Source: a virus
IMG/VR virus record: IMGVR_UViG_3300035698_024626
Span: 1 to 64,000 of that record
Length of the DNA: 64,000 nt
Reading direction: 5' to 3' (one strand)
Shown: positions 39,000 to 52,256 of the stretch, one piece after another
How the letters are laid out: every line of letters begins with the position of its first letter
How positions within the stretch are numbered: position 1 is the stretch's first letter
Program-made: the position numbers and the translations under genes
Notes under the pieces: generated by a model
Seen by the model: the letters and a program-made list of their open reading frames with translations, nothing else
What the model was told of the DNA's origin: nothing
Databases searched by the model: none

Positions 39000-41900
39000 A
39001 TGTCAAATCAAAAGGAAGTCAAAATGAAAATCAACAACATAGGGACAGTCTCTACAGATAGTAACCCCGGCGTCGAAACACGGTTCCCTGTCGGAACAAG
39101 AGTGATAGTGCCAAATTGGCCAACAGGCGGAAAAGTAATGGGGCATCACGAAGGTTCTGTGATAGTAGAAGTGTTGCCGATATCATACTGTCCATCACAA
39201 CTCCAACTCGATTATGGACAGTAGTCTACACTCTTTTTTGTAGGGAACGAATTCCAATGATTGATAGATAAAAAATCGTAGTTTTGTGGGATTGGTGGGG
39301 ACAGAAATTTGATGGGTCCACCGGAGATGCAAAATCAGCACGGAAGAAAGTCGGCAGCATGAGCGAAGCTTACGATTTAGTGCACAAAATAAAACTCCGC
39401 TATGCAGACCGGCCCACTTTGGCGTCGGGCAATCTTCTGGCCGTGAAGATAGTGGTCACTCATATCATGTACCCCGCCGAGTAAACTTGTACTCTAAAAG
39501 AAGTAAGCCATCGTTTTAGTCTTTACTCTTTCTTGTAGGGAAAACCATGGAAATCAAATGTACCAACAGCGAACTGGCCACAAAACGTTTTGACGAACTA
39601 TTAATCGGCGATGCATTTCGGTTGCCGTTCGGACACAATCCTATGATTAAAACCGAAAAATGCCAACAAGTTGTCCCAGATGGCGCACCCATATTAAGGA
39701 ATGTCTTCAACCTCGGAAACGGCGGATTTACACGGCTTAGTGACTTGGAACGTAAGTTCATAAAGGAGGACCAACGTGCATTATTGTCAAGTGTGTACTG
39801 ATAAATCGTTTGCACGACAAGGAAGGTGGGGATAAACATAAAAGAAATCCAGCTACCGTGCTATGGAATCTGTGTGACCATCGTTGATGGGAGTGGGAAT
39901 ATCACCCATAGCGGACTAGAAGAAACATGTCCATATTGCGAAGATACGGATTGCTGTTACAGTTGTGACCTATCGGAGGCAGTATGGGATTGGGACGTTC
40001 CCGATCGCCTAAAGTTCAACGGAGCAATTACTGGCATCATGTCTATGATCCTTGCCCACGCCTGTGCTGGAGTGGATATTGAATCACCGGAATACATTGA
40101 AGGTATCGAAACCGCCATCCAGACTAGCAACGACAATCTCTAACAGGTTCATTAGAAGTCGTCTAGACAAGGAAAGTGGGAGTAAAAACATATGGGACAG
40201 GCTGTGGTTGACGGTAAATTAGAGCCTGGAACATATTACATCCGAATTATTTGGTAATCGACGGAACACGTATTTCAGGGTACAAAAATCGCCTGCAACA
40301 ACAAGTGGAGGTAAGGACGATGACCGCTGAAGACTTGGGCACAGCCACTAGGCGACGGGCTATTCTGGATTTGCTGTGGAACTCTCTATCAGCCGACCCA
40401 GAGAACAAAGACCGCGTGCGTACCGGATGGGGCACCAAAAGACAAGAGGGACTCGTGGCGTGCATCGAAAACATCATGGGTGACAAATTTGTTTTCGTGC
40501 TCGAAGATACCATGTTCATTTTTGTCAGCATCCACCACACCCTAGCAGGAGCAATCGCTGCTTTTATCAGACACAATCGTGTAAAAGATGAGCACAATAT
40601 TATTGTGGACAAAGTGGATGATGGTTGGTTCATATATTCACGCAAAGAGCCTGGAATCAAGTGGTCAATATATAAAGAAGAGATACAAGAATGAAATTTG
40701 AAGTTTCAGATATTTTTGCTTAACAAACTAACAGAAAGGACAGAAACATGACTCTTGCTCAAGTTTTCATTATCGGAATGGGTGCTGGTGGACTTTTCAT
40801 CCTAGTCCGCGACATATCGCTTTGCCTAAGTACTAACGCGAAAGGGCAAGTTTTTGGGATTGCGAGGTATATATCCGGGGCTGTAATAGGAGGAATAACG
40901 GGCGTAGCCGTTAACCTTCTTTGGCATCTATAGTCTTAGCAATGAGAATTGACGCTCGATTCAAATAGGAGACTGCCCATGATTGACGACGGAGGACCGG
41001 CGTTTCCGGTGACAGGAACTTGTGGTTACGATCCAGAATATGAACGTAAAATGTCGAGCCGAGCAAAAGAATTGCCTGAACTAACAGGCTTGGAACGGTT
41101 AGGGCTCTTAGGGGTTGTCCACGGGTAAGTACCCGTAGAAACGGCGATGGCCAATCTCCGGTGCTCTCGGCAGGATGTAGAGGCGTATGTTTGGCGCGAG
41201 AAACTACGTGCAGCGGCAGACCGAGAGAGTTATGGCGGGATCACGGCATGATCCTCTGCGCCATGGCCATCGTCATCGAACTGGTTGAATATCGGTACGC
41301 ACAACGCGGTATCCCCGCAGCGCTTGTACGATACCCAACTTGGCGAGATGCCCTCGCCGAATGGGAGCGGTTGACGGAGAAAAGCGATGGAAATTGACGG
41401 GCAAACGATCACGCAGATACGTGATGAACTGCGTAAAGTAAGGCGCGAACGCGACACGCTGGCGGGCCAGCTAGAAGCAGTAGAAGCGGAACGTGACGCT
41501 TTAGGGTTGGACCTGGAAAGGGCGGAAACTGAACTCAAAGGTGTCCAGGCAGATGCCACAGCTCGGCGAAGGTCCCTTGCCGAATGAGAGCGACTGACGG
41601 AGCAAAAGTAATGAGCGCTAAACTTATTGCCACGTTTAAGCACATGAGCATTACACGGTATGGTCGAATCGGCGTAGAGGAAAGCTATACGATCCGTTCG
41701 CAGATTCTCCTCGGCCATATACGGTTTTACAGCCCGTGGGGACAATGGTGTTTCTTTCCCTTTGCAGATACGGTCTGGAGCGAGGACTGTCTTGCGGACG
41801 TGCGGAAGTTCATGTTGGGATTGAAAACATGATGGGAGCGAAAAAACCTAAGAGCGTAGCCGCTCTGCTGGACAACTTGAAGGCGGAGTATGCGGTCGTC

Positions 41901-44900
41901 GAACGGGGTTGGAAGACGCGGGTGGCGCTGGTCACAGTGGAGAACCAATGGCGACAGTTAGAGATGGAGTGCTTCGAGGCCAGAATACGCTGCGAAACAG
42001 CGGAGCGCGAATATGAGAAAGCCAAAGTCGCTGTCGTGGGTGCGCGGGGCCGTCTGCGCAAACAGACTGCAAGGGTCGCGAAAGCTGGGAGGGCGGTTAC
42101 TGATCTTCCCGCTCCCGAAACCGAAGCGATTGCCACCCAGATCGCCGAATGGGAGCGGTTGATGAATACAGTGGAGAACGGGACTGGTTAAAACAGGAGA
42201 CAGAATGATGACAGTAAAAGAATGCATGATCAGATATTCCGCAGGCGCGCGATTGGTATTAGAAGCGGCCATACGGAAAGTTGCCCTCAAATGGATCAAT
42301 GCGAACTGTCCGGATGCTTGGTTCCGGGCAGCGTTCGCGAGGGAGACCCCCGATGCCTAAGCAGACGGCGGAGAACGTGGTAAAGGCTCTAGAGGCGGCC
42401 TTTGGTTGGTTGCTTCCTTCGCTAACCTGGAACGACCAAGGCCGAACGGCCGGGAACGTTCTATGGACGAAGATAGGCAACGTCAAGTCTGTAACAATTT
42501 TGAGATCAACGCCAACGGTGGCGGGCTTACGGATAAAGTTGTCCGACGACTCCGAATTCGTGATCACCATTGCCAAGGGATAACACTATGTCAAATGTAT
42601 TTAAGGTAAAGTTTGAATCAGCTTTCCCGGCCACCGGCAGATTGCAAACAGAAATAATCGCATGGCTAAGCGACAGTATGGTGGTGAAAGTTGATGGCGA
42701 AGATTCACAAGTAGCCGTCGATATGGTGCGGGCTTATGTTTTGTCCAAGGTAAATAAAGCATGTTCCGCTGATGCTCCGATAAATACAGTCAAAGGGTTT
42801 CATCTCAGAGGTGTGGAGTTTATAACTCAGATAGACTTAGAGTAATAAGAGTTCTTGTGCTAAAATCGTTCACACTCTTTCTTGTAGGGGAAAACATGAA
42901 AACTAACAAGGTGAATAAGAAACTTGATGTAACTTTTGACGAACTATCGATCTCGGCAGCATTTCGGTTACTGTATGGGGATGTCCCCATGATCAAAACC
43001 AAAGAACTACAAATGTTAGTCCCCGATTCGAACTGTATAAAGGAGCAGGATCACTGCACCAAAAATGCCTTCAACCCCGAAACCGGTGAACACGCTTGGA
43101 TTTTAGGAGCCCAGTTGGTGGTCCCCCTTCCAAATGCAGAATTCCGGTATTGAAATCTTGTATCCCCACAAGGAGACTGATGTGTGTAATTTCGCTTCTA
43201 TGATTGTCATGAAAAATGAAACTGTTCATTGTTTTCCAGGAATTGATGCGCATCACGAGATACTCGAATTGGCGGGTATCAGTGATATTAGGAGTGCTTA
43301 TCTAACACCTAATTTTGCTAAAATAGAGATTATCCCAGTAAAAGGGAAAGAGCCTAACGATTGGAGGTTAATAGTAGACGAGTGCACGGACCCTAGCTGG
43401 TTCACGGCTTCTCATAAAAGGGCGTGTTTCGCTGCTCTTCATGGTTTATTGAAAAAAGAAGCAAAGGGTTGCGAAATAGTTTTCCCCGATGGCAGTTGGC
43501 GAAAGATTTTTAGAATTAATGGAGTTTTACATCGGAAAGGGGGTCCAGCTTCTACCACAGTAGAAAAGGATGGTAGCTGGACAGAAGAATACTACTGTAA
43601 CGGAAAATTCCATAGAATCAATGGGCCTGCTCTCATAGAGGTAGGTACCGATGGTGACTGGTTCGAAGATTACTATGTTAAAGGCAAACTCATTCGTTCA
43701 ATCAGTGGATGTGCGCCACCAAATAACTAGAAAGCAACAAAGTCCGGAGAATTGATCGATGTCAAAAAAGAAGAAATCGGGAGAAGAAACACTGCTGAGG
43801 TGGCGGTGCGAAAAGTGCGGCGCAATAAGTAAATCAACCAGCGATCCCATTGAATTAGCGCAAATCAACATTCCTGTTTGCTACAATCACGGTGGGGGTT
43901 GCTATCCTGCAATGAGTCTCTGCGAAACTGACCTCCAGCCGATACTTAAAACTCTGCGTCTCTCTACATTTATCCTGTCTAGGATCATCGCGGGAAACGC
44001 CGAGGAAGTCAAAAAAGCGATGATCGGGGCTGCAAAGGTCGTGCCGAATAACATCAAAATGCTGGTGGACTACGGCGAGTACGACCAATGGATGGAGGAA
44101 TTTTCCCGTGAGTGAAAACCCACGATGGATCGGTAGACAATTCTGCAAGACAGAGAAAGTGGGGTAAAATGGCACGGATCAGCGAAATCATCTTAGGTCT
44201 TGAGATTCTTGCACAGTATTGCCCAGAAGGGGAATCGACTCACTTGGGTAGTGCTGAACAAGATGTCCTCTACCTCTACGGTCCAAAGATAGATGGAAAT
44301 GTCAGTCCCGACGACGCCCAAGCATTGGTGGGTCTCGGTTGGTACTTCGACGAGAAAAATCCCTTGTGGGCGTGTTTCGTATAGGGAGCAATCGGACTAT
44401 GGCGACTAAAATGAAGTTGGAACTAACCCCCGATATGAGCGACGAAGAAATCAAGGAAGTCGCCGAAAGAGACATTGGGGTGGAGTACGTCTCAGAAATT
44501 TGCCGGCGCTGCGGGTCTTTTTGGGTCGATGGTGACGCTCATACAGACAAGGCAACTATCCTTTCTGTTTGTCACTGTTGTTCTAGACCTGGAAGAAACA
44601 ATCGTCGATGGCATTGTTAGAACAATCATTTTTAGGAGAACAAATCGTGGGTAATAATGGAAGATCATCGAGTGACACCTCAAGCAGTAGCATCGGATTC
44701 GTTGGTTTACTAACCCTCCTCTTCATTATCCTCAAACTAAACCCTGGTAGCCATTTAACCACGCCAATTGCAGAATGGCCTTGGTTTGAGTGGTGGGGAG
44801 TGTGTGTTATCTGCCCCTTTCTTTGGTCTGTGTATCTGATCATTGCTATCGTTGTAGCGGCTGGTTGCATCGCCGCAACTCTCTTCGCAATCAAACGCTC

Positions 44901-47900
44901 ATAACCGAAAAAATCCTTGAAGATAGCTGAGACACATACGATAGGAGAGAACCCGTGGATCAAAAGACAAAAGATTGGGCGGAAAGTCGTGGGTTCTCTT
45001 TGCGGGAGCCTACTCGAAAAATTGAGGGTCAAAAAGGCTTTGGGTATCCCGCCCACCCGTATCGAAGCCACAAGGTCGTCAAACTCACGAGAGGGCTCGA
45101 CCAACAATGGAAGCGAAACAGCAAAACCACCGTCCGCGTCAAGAGTAGCCGGGCAACAGCCAGTCGCAGGGCTCGTCGGATTGACGGGTCTGTCCACTAT
45201 TTGGTTTCTAGTTCCGAACTGGTGGGGATTGCGAGAGACCCAGCAGCGGTTGCCGATCAAGAAAGAGCGTACAAGAAACTCAAGCGTCGGCGTAACAGAA
45301 ATAATAGGGCGAGGAGGGGTCATAAACGGTCAAACAATCCTTCCTAAAATGTAGAGGCCAGCCATGAAATGCGAAGTAACAGAATGTGGGTACACCCCAA
45401 ACGGCTTACGAGTACAAGCCATAACAGATGCTATGGGGGCGCAAGTGGTTGTTGGAAGAGACCCAACATCTAGCGATGAAAACCTACTAAGCGAACCTCT
45501 CGCCGACCATCAGGCAGCGGTTTCTCTGGGTAAAGATGTTGTAAAACACGGTATTGACGTTTATCATGAATGGCGAGGTCCAATTAATTCGTTAATTGCA
45601 TTCGCAGAAGCCATGTTCTATGCAATGGTGATGGACCTGAGCGGGAACTAGTGGATTATGCGACACGATAACGTAACCGATCCAATTTGCGCAGAGAACT
45701 GCCTAGACGTATGTGTTGACTACAACAGCGTGGCCAACAAACATGTCTTGTCTATTTTAATGGAAGAAAACCAGTAATTACTCATACCTCGTAAAAGGAG
45801 ATCAATCATGAGTTACGATTCAAAGTCGAAAAAGAAGCAGGAAACTCCAGTCTGGACTACGGAGAGAGGACTAGCTTTGTTGGATTCTCATAACAACCAA
45901 CAAAACAACAACCCATTCTTCAAGAGAGAGGTAGTGATAAAAGTTGATGGCGAAGATAAAAAATTCACCATCGGCCAAAAGTGTCCAGTCTGCAAACACC
46001 GCATTCGCGGCGTAAACCATTGCGAAGGCGATCATCATAAAAAACGTTAGAGGTATTCTCTTTTACGCTTAACCACAATTTTCAGGAGATTTTTTAGTGA
46101 ATGTAGAACCAGTCAATAGGGAAATCCGGTCGCCTGTGAAGATTGTTCCTTGTACATGCGTTCATCTATTCCAGGACATGACGTATGGGAGAGGAAATCG
46201 AGTGGCCAACAAATGCAAGGCTGGGGAGGGGTATCGGTGTACCGTGTGCGGCGCAAAGCATCGGTAGGACTGCAAAAAGGGTTCGATGGCGGAACCAGTT
46301 TGGAGTGTTTCAATGAAACGACTACGGAGGTGGTGGCTATACCAAGATAAGTTGTTCTTTATAATCGTAGCAATATGCATCATACATGTGTGTTTTACGT
46401 GGTGTTGGGCAATAACACTTATTATCGAAACACTGGAGGAATGCAAATGCGGCAGTTGATGAAACGACCACTGATTGACATCGAAACCAAACTGAGGCGA
46501 CGTAGCCCGCTTGCTCCGCTCATTAGATTTGAAGTGGACGCGAGGAAGTAACGGAGACAGGAGAAACAAAGTGAAAGCGATAAAATTCGAGGTGTCCGAA
46601 AAAGAATTAGCGTTCCTTCCAGCAATGTCTATTGACCCCGAACTCTATAGTGTCGTCCACGTCCCCGAAACAGGTAACTACATGGTTCACGTCACGTCCA
46701 ATTTTGGAGTTGAGTGGTTGATTAGATGGTTCATTGGTAGAGAGAGACAAAGAAAATAAGGAATGTCTCCTCCCCCAGAGGCCGGTAGTCCAATTGGTGG
46801 AACAGCGGTTTTGATCTCTTCGCTCCCATTTTATTTGGAGAACAGTAATGAGTGTCCCTATTGATGTTAAAAAAATTACTAACGATTACTATAAATGGTG
46901 TGAAGAAGCCGGGGTTGACAGAATCGAAGAACCATCTTTCCACTATGATTCAATCCCACCCGACAACTTAGGCATTACTTCCCCAGTCGATGGAATGAAA
47001 CTGACTCCAGAAGAAGCAGAACGCCACATGAAAGAGAAACGAGATCGAGCTTGGCGAAAAAAGTTTGGATAAACATCGTAAAGGAGAAATAATTATGACT
47101 CAGTGTTCTGAATGTGGAAGCGGGGCAGATTACAGCGCAATCGTGGCGATTGGTGTAAAAATTCCATCAAAGGATTTCTACAGAGAAACCGACACCAAAC
47201 ACCGTGGTTGTTATCATCGTGCACAAAATACACACCATTGCCCACAATGTGGGTCAGTAATGTGGATTCCTGACCGACCAACTTGCGTACTACCTTGTTC
47301 TAAACACGCAGATCATCACAGACCAAATGAAGTAGAGGACGCAACAGGCCACAAGTATCCTGTAATCTACAGTGGTGCGTATAAACCTGATTTTGCTATC
47401 GTAGCCACCCATTTTATCAAATGCACTGATTCCGGCTGGGAGGACGATTACGGCCTACTTCCTCCAGCTTCGCCAGAAAGAAACGCTTCTCTGAAAGGTT
47501 TTTTAGAAGCTTACGATCTTTGGAACGAAGATAAGTTTGGTACTTGGTGCGTATTGTTCTGGCATGACTGAGAGTAGAATGGCACACTGCATGAAATAGA
47601 AACAAAATCGGAGAAAACAATGTCATCGATAGCATTCATAATTGATTATCACAGGGGTATCCACCAGTGGACAGATAAGCAACTCATTACCATACTTCTG
47701 GTCATGCTCAATCACTTCGAGGGTGATTTGATAGACGATGTGGACGTGGAGTGTTATTTCCACGAGGAAAACTTATGACACATTTCGTAGAAATCACACA
47801 AATCACCAAACAGGGCAGACAAAGCCCATATGGACAACAATGGTCGGCGTCCATGGGAGATGACCACAGGGGACATTACGAAACAAAGAACGGTCAAAGG

Positions 47901-49037
47901 TCTCCAGAAGCAGCGCTTCGGAATCTGGCAGAAATGGTTCGGGGAGAAAGCATCTGGGGAACTTTTGTCTCAAACGAGTGTGAATCGTACACAACAGAAC
48001 CTCGAACCGGAGTTGAGTCACATCTCTACGAAATTCAAAGGGAAAGCCTCGCGGTGGCTGCACGTCACCAGCAGCAAGAAGAACGATTGACTGTTATCAT
48101 ATTTGAGGCAATAGCAATAATAACGGCTATTTGTGCGTTAGTCCTTTGAAGGAGAAGACAAATGCTGTCAATCACAATACACGACGCTTTAGTTAAACTT
48201 CAACAGATGAAAGCGGAAAGTACTCTTGGAGACGAAACGGTACTCGTTCTGTCCCTAACCGGGTCGGAAATTTCCAACGTTCCAATCGACGATTTGGTAC
48301 TCGTATCCGATAACGACGGAGCGGTAGTGGAAGTAAGGGCTAGGCCAAGTCCGGGTCTTGGCGACTTGGGGTGCGTGGACGGTTGTTCAGGATGTGGTTA
48401 CGGTAATGGATGTTTCCCTAACTATTTTGGGACATAACGATCCAGAAGTCCAAGATGATAAGTCTACGTAGAGGCTGGGGCATTGTGTGCGAAATGGTGG
48501 AAAGAGTTGAAGTATGAAAATTGCACTAATCATATCACAATACAGCGCGATTTCAGAGCTATTTATGAATGTGAACATTGCGGTCACAGACATGAAGCAT
48601 CCGGCTATGACGACTCGCACTTTCACCAAACTGTCATTCCTGATATGAAATGTCCACAATGCGACCAAACAGCGAGTGCCGATTACCGTCCACTTGCACC
48701 AAAGTATTCTGACGATACAACCGTATAAATAAGTATTGACGGTGTTGCCACGAGCATAAAAGTGAGAGGGAAACTAACAATGAGAATGCCAGTTACATAC
48801 GAACTACGCTATGGGCAACACAATATAGGAAATGATACCTATGTCTTCGGATGGACTTGGGCTCTCTATCAAAATAATATAGAAATAGTCCAATCCAACT
48901 TTCATACAACCTGTCAAGAAGCCCTCAACGAACTAACAGAACTCCTAGAATCACTTGGTGCGTCAATATCCACAATGACTGAGCGCTACCCAGACTTGCG
49001 GCGGCGGCTTACAAGAGAATACGATCAATGCGACTAA
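39000..49037 (+). other. Long array of small hypothetical early genes
   Basis: About 30 co-oriented 60-200 aa ORFs with RBSs; includes paralogues 39547-39801 and 42896-43153, and a membrane protein at about 44647-44904. Confidence 0.65.
43182..43730 (+). CDS. Protein with C-terminal MORN-like HRxxGPA repeats
   Basis: NGVLHRKGGPA...NGKFHRINGPALIE; GTG start after AGGAG. Confidence 0.65.
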   Translation: MCNFASMIVMKNETVHCFPGIDAHHEILELAGISDIRSAYLTPNFAKIEIIPVKGKEPNDWRLIVDECTDPSWFTASHKRACFAALHGLLKKEAKGCEIVFPDGSWRKIFRINGVLHRKGGPASTTVEKDGSWTEEYYCNGKFHRINGPALIEVGTDGDWFEDYYVKGKLIRSISGCAPPNN

Positions 49038-49303
49038 TACCCACGATGGCTAAGTCTAGTTTATAGTAAGTGTTTCTACGAGTCTGGCATTCCTCGATGT
49101 CGGATTCCGGAGGCGAAGCTTCGGAGGTTAGAGGTAAACCAGCCGTACCCGCCTCGCCGTAGATGGGATCGGCTCGTAGAAGCATATTGTAGTTGTGTTG
49201 TTTGGAGGTTTGTGGCTAATACGCTACAGTAATAGGTTGGTGTTGTACCCACCTTCCCTCCAATCAACGCGACGAGAAGTCTCTAAGAACGGAGAAATAA
49301 AAA

Positions 49304-49459
49304 ATGACCGCAGACCAACACGACGAGATGCTGCAAAACATGACGTTGGATGTACGAGAGCAATACGAGGAAGCAAGCGGCAAGGTGCTGGGTGTATTTG
49401 AAACTCAAGCTCTGAACGATATGTTGGACAACTTCTTCTGCGAGGAATTGGCGAAATAA
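49304..49459 (+). CDS. 51 aa acidic protein flanked by structured elements
   Basis: GGAG RBS; MTADQHDEMLQNMTLDVREQYEEASGKVLGVFETQALNDMLDNFFCEELAK*. Confidence 0.6.
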   Translation: MTADQHDEMLQNMTLDVREQYEEASGKVLGVFETQALNDMLDNFFCEELAK

Positions 49460-49685
49460 GCAAGATTGCAAAATAAAACGGCGTAGGCGGTCAGTAGCTC
49501 TCCTAGTCGTCCCGTTTGGGAGTCGGAGATGAAGTGCCAAAGTGGATGCGCGCTACGGAGGCAGACGCCTATGTCGTTACAAACTTTTTACCATTTCAAA
49601 TCTTGTTCTTGGCAAAACTGGCATAAAAAGATAAGATATGCTGAAAGAATGGTAGCTATAACCATTGTCATCTGGGAGTAACTAT

Positions 49686-50204
49686 ATGTCTTCCTACCTC
49701 AACGGATTTTTCAAATCGCCACAACAAATCGTGGATACGATTGTTCACGAATTGTTTAACCCACTCTTGGGTCAAGTTGACGCAATCGTTGGTAGGGGCG
49801 TTAGTGGAATTCTACCACTAATGTCCGTATCAATAAGAACTGGCATACCCGCATACGTAGTGCGAAAACCAGGAAATGGTGCTCATTCCACGAGGAGAGT
49901 CGAAGGGAGCGGATATCTCGCAGGACGATATGTCATTATCGACGATCAAATCGACAGTGGTACCACCGTAAGAACAATCCTCAACACGTTGAAAGACCGA
50001 GAATGCGCCGGTATTATTCTCTACAATGGTTTTGCCGACAACAAGTACAATGAATTCAGTGAGTATGATGGATTAGGGAGGTTTCCCTTTGAAAGCACCG
50101 GTTGGGAATCCACTCCAATGAATAATTCTAACGGAATCCCAGTTATCAACGTCAGAAAAGATATAGATCAACTCATCTCGATTCATAGACTGTCGAAACC
50201 TTGA
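49686..50204 (+). CDS. Type I phosphoribosyltransferase
   Basis: AIVGRGVSG, YVVRK, PRPP-binding loop YVIIDDQIDSGTT. Confidence 0.85.
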   Translation: MSSYLNGFFKSPQQIVDTIVHELFNPLLGQVDAIVGRGVSGILPLMSVSIRTGIPAYVVRKPGNGAHSTRRVEGSGYLAGRYVIIDDQIDSGTTVRTILNTLKDRECAGIILYNGFADNKYNEFSEYDGLGRFPFESTGWESTPMNNSNGIPVINVRKDIDQLISIHRLSKP

Positions 50205-50229
50205 CAATCGCGTGGCGGAGGCATTAATC

Positions 50230-50841
50230 ATGGGTATGTTAATAGATGTCGATCTAGATTGGTTAAACGACAAAAGAAATCCTGTACGATCGCTAAAGAG
50301 TATATTGCAACACCTACCCCCGGATACCCCCGCCGTACTCACAATCGAACATCATCACATACTCAAACATATACGGCAATGGATTCAATCGGGAATCATA
50401 ATGCCACCGTTCGACATCATCCATATCGATCAACATCACGACTTTTATTTCAACAACCCCCCACATCACCCAGAAGGTCGAGGAATCAATTGTGGCAACT
50501 GGGGATTCAGAATACCTCTATGGTGGTATAATTCGTTTACGTGGATTCCAAACAGAAACCCTGACACAACAAATTGGGAAGACGCAATGGGGTGGCTCAC
50601 CAGCCATAAAAAACGAATCTCATTCAGGGAAAAATTGCGAGGATCAAGCTGGAAACCCATTGTTGCTACCTTTTGTGTCTCACCTGACTACTCAGACAAA
50701 AACGTAATGTCGTACATGGACCAATTGATTGACGTTATTGTCCAATATTTTGGACTGCAACGTGCCCCCCGGCCACGCCCCGACTATAAGGGCTTCACAG
50801 AAGAAGTCGAGGCTTGGCAAAGAGTTGCGTGCCATGTTTAA
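50230..50841 (+). CDS. UPF0489 / arginase-deacetylase-fold metalloprotein
   Basis: IDVDLDW, EHHH, IIHIDQHHD, INCGNW, VSPDY. Confidence 0.65.
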   Translation: MGMLIDVDLDWLNDKRNPVRSLKSILQHLPPDTPAVLTIEHHHILKHIRQWIQSGIIMPPFDIIHIDQHHDFYFNNPPHHPEGRGINCGNWGFRIPLWWYNSFTWIPNRNPDTTNWEDAMGWLTSHKKRISFREKLRGSSWKPIVATFCVSPDYSDKNVMSYMDQLIDVIVQYFGLQRAPRPRPDYKGFTEEVEAWQRVACHV

Positions 50842-50852
50842 GGAGATTGACC

Positions 50853-51389
50853 GTGAACATCGACAGGACGCTAGTTATCATAGACATGCAGGATAGCTTT
50901 ATTTGTTGTGGGGACGAAGAGGAGTTGATCCCCGCCATATGTAAACTGTGTCATCACGCCAAGCAAAACAAGTGGCCGATCATTCTAGTTGAGTTTAATG
51001 CAAGTGGACGTACCACGAGCGCAATTCTTGAAGCTGTAGAAAATTACCCCTTTACAGAAACGGTGACTAAAGAAACGGGCAGCGGTGGGAAAGAAGTAAT
51101 GGCATGTCTCCTCCACCATCCAGAGTGGCCGCTGAATCTTCTCGTCTGTGGCATCTATGGACCAGAATGTGTTGCCGAAACTGTTGCTGGATTACTTGAC
51201 AATAGCGATCTGGTAGAAGTCGATGTCATTATAGACGCCATATATCCACCATATTGCTCATTAGCCGAACTAGACGAACATGGTCAACAACGAGAAGGTG
51301 AATTCTTTGTGAGTGAAATCGTAGACCCAGAATATTTGGCGCAGTACGAAACTGTGAACAGTCTCCCGAAGAAGATTGTTTTATCGTAA
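50853..51389 (+). CDS. Isochorismatase/nicotinamidase-family cysteine hydrolase
   Basis: LVIIDMQDSF (Asp), VTK (Lys), VCGIYGPECV (Cys). Confidence 0.8.
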   Translation: MNIDRTLVIIDMQDSFICCGDEEELIPAICKLCHHAKQNKWPIILVEFNASGRTTSAILEAVENYPFTETVTKETGSGGKEVMACLLHHPEWPLNLLVCGIYGPECVAETVAGLLDNSDLVEVDVIIDAIYPPYCSLAELDEHGQQREGEFFVSEIVDPEYLAQYETVNSLPKKIVLS

Positions 51390-51734
51390 TGTACCAAGAG
51401 AGATTAAAGGAGATATCGTATGCCTATTGGACAGAATCGTGGGGGAGAGTGGATCGGACCCCAGTAAATCCTGCACCTATTCCCAAAAAACACAAAGAAA
51501 CGGATTGGAAACAGATCAAGCAACGGGTACAAATGAGAGAACTGCCCAAGGAACAAGTCCCTAGATTACTTTTCGAAGCCATACAGGAAATTGGGAGACT
51601 TCAAGAACAACTCCGATCTTTGAGAGAACAAATACAAAAGCTTTACGACCACAGTAAATCAGATTAACCCCCAAAAGGGACTGCAATGTAATCGTATCGT
51701 CCAGACCAGTTTGACCTGTATATGGAGAAATGCA

Positions 51735-52256
51735 ATGAGATTTGCTGACATCCCACAAATGACTCAGGCAAACTATAGTTGCCATCATCCCCTCCATATG
51801 CTCCCTTGGGCTATCGATAACTACCAAAACAAAAAACTTGCTCCCCTTAATATGAACCCCGATTTCCAACGGGCACATGTCTGGACACAAGAACAAAAAA
51901 CTCGCTATATGGAATTCATCCTACGAGGGGGAAATTCTTCTAAGGACTTCTATTTCAATTGCCCTGGATGGATGGATAACTGGGAAGGGCCATTTGAACT
52001 TGTGGATGGAAAACAACGACTTGAGGCATGTATGGGTTTTATGTCTGGCAAAGTGCCTATTTTTGGTGGACTCCGCGTCCAAGACTTCTATAACGAACCT
52101 TTTAACATTCACCTTTGTTTCCACATCAACAATCTAAAAACACGGATAGAAGTTCTCCAATGGTACTTGGACATAAACTCTGGTGGAGTTGTCCACACCA
52201 CCGACGAACTTGAAAAGGTCAAAAAGCTTCTAAGACAAGAAGAGGAAAGATTATGA
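51735..52256 (+). CDS. DUF262 (ParB/Srx-fold, GmrS-like) domain protein
   Basis: PDFQRAHVW...LVDGKQRL...DINSGG. Confidence 0.8.
   Translation: MRFADIPQMTQANYSCHHPLHMLPWAIDNYQNKKLAPLNMNPDFQRAHVWTQEQKTRYMEFILRGGNSSKDFYFNCPGWMDNWEGPFELVDGKQRLEACMGFMSGKVPIFGGLRVQDFYNEPFNIHLCFHINNLKTRIEVLQWYLDINSGGVVHTTDELEKVKKLLRQEEERL

Noticed and set aside
44583-45354. Triple overlapping ORFs as overprinted genes
   Set aside because: Only 44955-45347 has a clear RBS and fits the gene tiling; the others are probably shadow frames
46778-46830. tRNA gene (GCCGGTAGTCCAATTGGTGGAACAGCGGTTTTGAT resembles a tRNA 5' half)
   Set aside because: No T-arm or acceptor 3' strand follows; at most a remnant
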